DNA of 64,000 nucleotides from Schizochytrium sp. TIO01 (Eukaryota > Protista > Bigyra: Labyrinthulomycetes). Positions 58,481 through 64,000 of this stretch are shown piece after piece. The translations under genes were made by a program, and so were the position numbers. How positions within the stretch are numbered: position 1 is the stretch's first letter; every line of letters starts with the position of its first letter. The notes beneath the pieces are model-generated. The model made no database searches. It saw nothing but the letters and a program-made list of their open reading frames with translations, and was not told where the DNA came from. Location of the stretch: the NCBI GenBank assembly GCA_004764695.1, contig SMSO01000037.1, positions 3,262,747 to 3,326,746 of the forward strand, read 5' to 3'.

Positions 58481-61400
58481 GCATTACATAAAACTACAAA
58501 CAATAAGCCTGTAAAAGCAAAGAGTTCGTGATGGTAGACGAATACTAATTACTCAGCTTATGAATATTTATTTCAATATACAGTTATCTTCAAAAAGACC
58601 AAAGCCAAACAAAAACCTCTTTCGCGCTTTAGGAAGCGCCTCTTAAAGGCTGCTACTGCTGCTGCTAGCTATTACTACTGCCGCCGCTAATGTACGGGTA
58701 GGTTCTTTTCAGGTTCTACTACCCGGTAAATGCGCAAAACTTGCTGTGCTTGGAAACAAACATGAGTTGGAATCCGCTCCAAACTTCCTCCGCTCCTCTT
58801 GCTCTGTCCTCCTCCTGCTCCTGATCTGGCCGCCGTCTCGAGCCACATCGACCTGAGCAATTCTTCTTAACTCCACTTGCAGTGCACATTTATTTGTCTT
58901 GGCATCTCTCGCCTTATCGCACAACAGATAAACACCGTAGCGAATTTATAACCCAGGAGCGAAAGAAGACAATTAGACACGAAGGTTGCAGCACGTGCGA
59001 AGTTGCCTTCTTCGTATATCGTTCGATTGGCCGACGACTCCCATTTGTGCACGTGCTCCAGGTGGTGTTTTCGATTGCGGCCAAGGAGCCTAAGGCGGAG
59101 CACGTGCTTTGCAAGAGCAGAATATTTATTTGCTGCAGCTCTCGATGTGGCTGTTTGCTAATGCGGTGGGTTGCTGCTGTGGTCCATTCCAATCTCGAGG
59201 GTGCCGATAAAGCGAGCCCCAGCGGATGTCAATTCGTGGATGGTACTTGCTTTAGATTTCCACAACTGGGTCCAAGCGCTTTCGCTGGGTTTGGAGACGA
59301 TGCTCACCAACTCTCGTTGCCCTGCAGCTTCTCAAGCAGCTTCAGACCACGGAGGAGGCCATCGTGATCAGTGCTGCCACGGAGGACGAGCGTGCTTGCT
59401 CTGGCGGCAGCAGATCACAGCGCTCGCATTTGCGTCGTGCTTGAAGGCGCCTTTTGCAATTGCGGGTACCTGGGTAGTGCAAATATGAGAAGAAACATTC
59501 GTTCTCTGCCGCAGATCTGTCAGCAGTGAGAGCTCTTCACAGAGCAGCATATCAGGTTTTTCTCACTCGCAGAGTCCAAGGCTGTCCAAGGCGAAGCGAA
59601 GATAGCACGTGTATGGTTGCGAGTGGGTGTCTGTCCTCAATTAGCGGCGAGTTGGAGGGCAGAGAAAGGGAGTTGGGCAGTCGTGAACGATAATGTGAAC
59701 GAGGGGTTTCATTCTTACATACTTCCACCTCCAACTTTATCATACCTCGTTACTAATTTACATTCCCTAATGGATTAAATAAACAAAAACTATTGTGACT
59801 TTATTTTTATTTCACTTTATTTTTATTTTATTTTTTAACTTAAATAAATATAAAACATGAACATGAAAACTACATGATTGGAAAAGTATTTTTTAAAAAT
59901 ATAAATCATTTTTTATTTTTTTTTAAATTTTTTGACAAGGGTAATTTTGAGTGTGTTTGTTTATGGTTCAAGCCAAGATGAACAATGAACGAGAGCTTCT
60001 CAATGCATTCTGATCACACTAGTTCGCGTTTAATTCCAGCGTTAGGTTCAAGGCGAAGCTTGCTCTCGTCGAACCGATTGTTCCTTGTTTTCAGATACAA
60101 AGGCGCATCCCCAATTCAACTGAAAGCCTTTCATAGCTAGGCGTTATGATTCTATGGACTTTAATTAAAATTAATGCCATTAGAAAGGAATGCGAAGCTT
60201 AGGTTAACCTTGACAGGATGGAAATTGGAGAACTCTGGACTCAAACATTCAAGGTATATAGACTTCAGACATTGCCAGTTTTCTCCAAAACGACATCGTG
60301 TTTGCGTAATGACGTCATTTGCACGGCCTACACCGCAAAGACCAATTTTATCTCTGAATGAGCTATGTGAATTATCCAGTTCTTGGTTGCGAGCTATTTA
60401 GTCAGCAAGCAAGGTCCTTTGTGAGAGCTGAGTCTTCAGGGTCAGCTAGATTTAGTCGATGAATTTTCATTGCTCACGATCGTATAACCTAGAGATGAAT
60501 TTTATTAGCAATAGTCTGAGTCATACGCTCAAGACAGAGAGTCATTGGTTTGCTAAAGCGCCGTCTGTTCCATTTTGTGTTGCCGATTCCTGATTTCCCT
60601 GTTAAACGCAGGACAGCTTCAGCTGAGGCGGAAGGGAGATGAACATCCAAGCTTCATTCGCTAAAGTTTGTGTTTGTCATTCATAAGAACTTCATCAAAA
60701 AACTACTGCAGTTACTGTCTGGAGTGAATAGTATTTAGTAGTAAAGACTAGTTCCCACAATTGGATAAGAGTAGAAATAGGAAACGACACTCTTCAGTAG
60801 CACAGAAACCATGTCGAGTTTCAGCCACGATTGTATACAATATGTAGTAAAGACTGGTCGCAGGGTTGCAAGGAAGCAAGAACACGAAAGCTGAATGACC
60901 AGATATCGAATAAGAAGGAGATATAAATGAGTAATTAGGGAGCTGAGCATTTCTCTATTTTCAAGTCGCCTTGCATCAAAACTTCTCTCAACTATAGGCT
61001 TGATACTACACAGTCCGTGAAAAGGCAAGCAAAGTTGCCCAGAACAGCTAGTGGAATTAGTGATCATCTTTTGCAACGTGAACTTGGCGCTGGTAGTGAT
61101 AGCTTCCTCCAGCGCCATGTCCTAGCGTCAGATGACGTCAGAGAAAAATAAAACGAAACGAGGAAGTTTGGCTGTGGCTCAGCTCAAAGAACGTGTAGAT
61201 GGTCGTCACTTTTGAAGAGAACAAACTCCAAAAAAGGGCTCTATGTGCATCTTGAAGTCACACGACATTTCATGCCGTTTTCTAGCCTTCACACGATATA
61301 GTTCCTACGTAGCCCAATTCCTGGATATTGAATTAGAGTTGGTGATTTGATCAGCAGAATACTGCGAAGCCAACAAGAAAATGCAACAAGGATTGTGATT

Positions 61401-61506
61401 GGGAAACTTAGCGTAATTGCTGCATTGGACAATGAGGAAGCTAAAAAGTTTAAACGAGAGTATCTACTATCTCCAAATACTTGTTCGCATCATGACCATT
61501 GCGATT

Positions 61507-64000
61507 CTAGCGAAACCTGTTTAGGGGGGAACTAGGCCCGGTCTTGTTTTTGTGCTCTAGAACAGTATGTTCTAATACCTGATCAAAGATAGACCGAGAC
61601 AATGCCATACGCTGGCCCTTGGCAACATCGCCATGCGTGGCACTACCATACACATGTGCCTGTACACTAGTCATGAGCTTAGCAATTTCACGACCAGAGA
61701 ATCCATCAGTCATCTCTGCAGTTTCTTTCAAGGCCTTTTCTTGCTCAAAGCTCTTCGGAATACTCAGAGCAGAAGATAATGTCTGAGAAAAGTACTGTTG
61801 AACAAGGCGATGGCGCTCGTCAATCAATGGCAAGTCGAAATGTACAGACTCATCAACGCGATCAAGAACAGCGCTATCAAGATCGCGGGGCCTATTCGTC
61901 GCAAGAATAAGCATGATGCGGCAAGAAGGGGCACCCGTATGGTACAAGAGTGCGGTCAATGAATTCCGCAAGGATTCACTAATAGAGCCACTGTCACGTG
62001 TTGCTAAAAAGGCATCAGCTTCGTCAATAAACAAAGCTACACCTCGCGGGGTCCGGTTCGCCCATTCAAAGAGCTGGTGAAGCTCAGTAACAGCGCGATC
62101 CTTAAGAGGTGCGACGTCAGCACCACTCATGATTGCATAGTCCAGACCACACCACTTTGACAGACGGCGAGCCACCATGGTTTTACCTGTTCCAGGGGGT
62201 CCATAGAACAAGAGGTGACGCAACGGGGTGTTGTTTACATGTGCAGCACGAGTCGCGCGTGCGATACGTTCAATTTGTGCAGCCTGAGACGAAGGCAAGA
62301 CAACATCAGACATAAAGCTGACGAATGAGTCCTCTGCAGTAGCTTGCCCACCTGCTGGAACTTTTGAAGGCTTGTCAGCAGCATTATCAGTTTGAGCACG
62401 GCGCTTCAACTCTGACTGGACCTGAACCAGTTTCTTGTTGACAATGAGTAAACCAGACTTTGCCAGCTCTAAGCCACGAGAAATCGGTGCCCAACCTCTC
62501 TGAGAAGTCTCCCGAACCAGGGAAGGCTGACCCAGGCGATTCTCAAAGACCGTGCGCCAGTACACCATAAACTCACGCCCAGCATAAATACCAAATGCAA
62601 GCATAACAAGCAAACTAAGTGCGCCAGCAACCTCGCGAGGACTCTGCGCAGCCAGACGAAATGCGGCAATGGACTCTTGAAATGCAGCTTGAATTGTAGC
62701 GATGGCCTTCTCGCGCGCTTCTTTGGCGTCAATTTCAGCCATTTCCTTTCGCAAGTCATGGTTTTGCCGCTCTCGCTGAGCATCAGCCTCGCCTTGTGCA
62801 AGCACGCGCACGCGCTCAAGGTCTCCTTGAGCATGGATTTTCGCAACGTCTGCCTCTGCTTGGGCTCGTACAAGAGCTTGGTCCTTCTCAGCACGTAGCT
62901 CGAGCTCTCTTGTTACAGATTCCTCTTTGGCGCGAATCGTTTGCAGCTCGCGTTCAGCTCGCATAGATTCTTCCTCTCGAACTCGTGCAATTGAAGCATT
63001 ATCTTCGCGCTCCCGGCGCTCTGCCTCGATGGTAGCAGAACTTCGTGCACGTTTCTCTTCTTCGATAGTTTTCGTCCGTTCAAGCTCAATTTTGGCCTCT
63101 TCAATACGAGCTTGGGCTTCTAGACTTTTGCGCCGTTCAATAATTTCTTCTGCAGCTTGGGCATTGACCTTTTCCTCGAGTTCTGCAACCTGTTTAAGTA
63201 GCTGATCCACTTCAGTTTGAATTTTTACACTTTCCGCATGAGCGTTAGCACTCACCGAGCTAATATTCTGAGAGGACTCCTGAACTGCTTTCTCCAGGGC
63301 TTGTCGCAGACCCTTAAGGTCAGTTTCCAGAGACGAGGTGAGTTCGCCTTGGATCTTAAGAATACCTTCCACCTCTTTTTGCAAAGATGAAAGTTGCTGT
63401 TCCAAGTTGCCTACTTTATTCTCAATAGAGGTAATCGCAGAGCTTTGTTGGTTGTCCATAAGGTCTCGTCTTACGTGCACATCATTGACTGCCTTTTCGA
63501 GTTTCGTGGCAAGATCTTCGCGCATGCTTTCGAGAGATTTTGCCGTTTCAGCAGCAGACGAGCTTGCTTTCGCAATGGCCTCTTCCAATTTGCTTTGAGC
63601 ATTTTGACGGTCTGCAGCAACTTGGTCGACGCGTGATCCTAGTTGGGTCATGGCCTGGTTCAACCCTCCCATGCCCGTTGAGATTTCACGGTGCAAACCA
63701 GCTTGGTCTTTGACTTCCGTACGAAGATCATCTTGCAAAGTTTCAAGGCGACGCGAGAGAGCAGTCCGCTCCGCTTGCTCAATTCGACTTGTATCCTCAA
63801 GTGATTTGAGAACGTGCTCAAGACGAATAGCACCCTCACTGCGCTGATGAGCCTCTTTGGCCAATGTTTCGAGCTCAGATTGCTTTACCTGCAAGAGGTT
63901 GAGCGCTTCATGCGCCTGTTTACCGGTAGCTGCATCCTTTTCTAGATTCAAAAGAGTCTCTTTTAGGTTATCAAGTGACTTACGCACAGTTTTCGTACGT
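61507..64000 (-). CDS. ATAD3: ATAD3-like AAA+ ATPase with extended N-terminal coiled coil (5' end beyond the window)
   Basis: Coiled coil, TM segment and LGQPSLVRETS. Walker A LFYGPPGTGKT, DYAIMSGADVAPL, Walker B LFIDEADAFL, LATNRPRDLDSAVLDRVDE and GFSGREIAKL. The frame is open to the window edge. Confidence 0.9.
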   Translation of the reverse strand, partial: RTKTVRKSLDNLKETLLNLEKDAATGKQAHEALNLLQVKQSELETLAKEAHQRSEGAIRLEHVLKSLEDTSRIEQAERTALSRRLETLQDDLRTEVKDQAGLHREISTGMGGLNQAMTQLGSRVDQVAADRQNAQSKLEEAIAKASSSAAETAKSLESMREDLATKLEKAVNDVHVRRDLMDNQQSSAITSIENKVGNLEQQLSSLQKEVEGILKIQGELTSSLETDLKGLRQALEKAVQESSQNISSVSANAHAESVKIQTEVDQLLKQVAELEEKVNAQAAEEIIERRKSLEAQARIEEAKIELERTKTIEEEKRARSSATIEAERREREDNASIARVREEESMRAERELQTIRAKEESVTRELELRAEKDQALVRAQAEADVAKIHAQGDLERVRVLAQGEADAQRERQNHDLRKEMAEIDAKEAREKAIATIQAAFQESIAAFRLAAQSPREVAGALSLLVMLAFGIYAGREFMVYWRTVFENRLGQPSLVRETSQRGWAPISRGLELAKSGLLIVNKKLVQVQSELKRRAQTDNAADKPSKVPAGGQATAEDSFVSFMSDVVLPSSQAAQIERIARATRAAHVNNTPLRHLLFYGPPGTGKTMVARRLSKWCGLDYAIMSGADVAPLKDRAVTELHQLFEWANRTPRGVALFIDEADAFLATRDSGSISESLRNSLTALLYHTGAPSCRIMLILATNRPRDLDSAVLDRVDESVHFDLPLIDERHRLVQQYFSQTLSSALSIPKSFEQEKALKETAEMTDGFSGREIAKLMTSVQAHVYGSATHGDVAKGQRMALSRSIFDQVLEHTVLEHKNKTGPSSPLNRFR

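Noticed and set aside
60735-61118. 127-aa minus-strand ORF downstream of ATAD3
   Set aside because: No recognisable motif and the continuation is broken by stops, so it cannot be supported as a gene.

Overview
This is eukaryotic nuclear DNA. It is intron-poor, with short GT-AG introns and AT-rich intergenic spacers. The gene style suggests a flagellated stramenopile such as a thraustochytrid or labyrinthulomycete; this is inference only. About 15 protein genes can be supported, in order: a MAPK (first exon only), a two-repeat (12-TM) cyclic-nucleotide-binding-domain K+ channel, PPIL2, PEX11, a PPC-like-domain hypothetical protein, SRP19, a membrane-anchored protein with two tubulin-tyrosine-ligase (TTL)-like ATP-grasp domains (frameshifted inside an 18-bp repeat), UBXN11, two tandem paralogous class C (GABA-B-like) GPCRs, TMEM216/TMEM17, a DUF3089 hydrolase, NOL6/Utp22, a P4-ATPase flippase and an ATAD3-like AAA ATPase. 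The most striking element is the GPCR pair. Each ectodomain lacks a Venus flytrap and instead carries four Cys-capped, bacterial-chemoreceptor-like single Cache (sCache_2-like) repeats plus an EGF-like module. Second is the apparently lumenal/extracellular tandem-TTL amino-acid ligase. No rRNA, tRNA or CRISPR array was recognised. All family calls come from motif recognition by eye, not from database searches.
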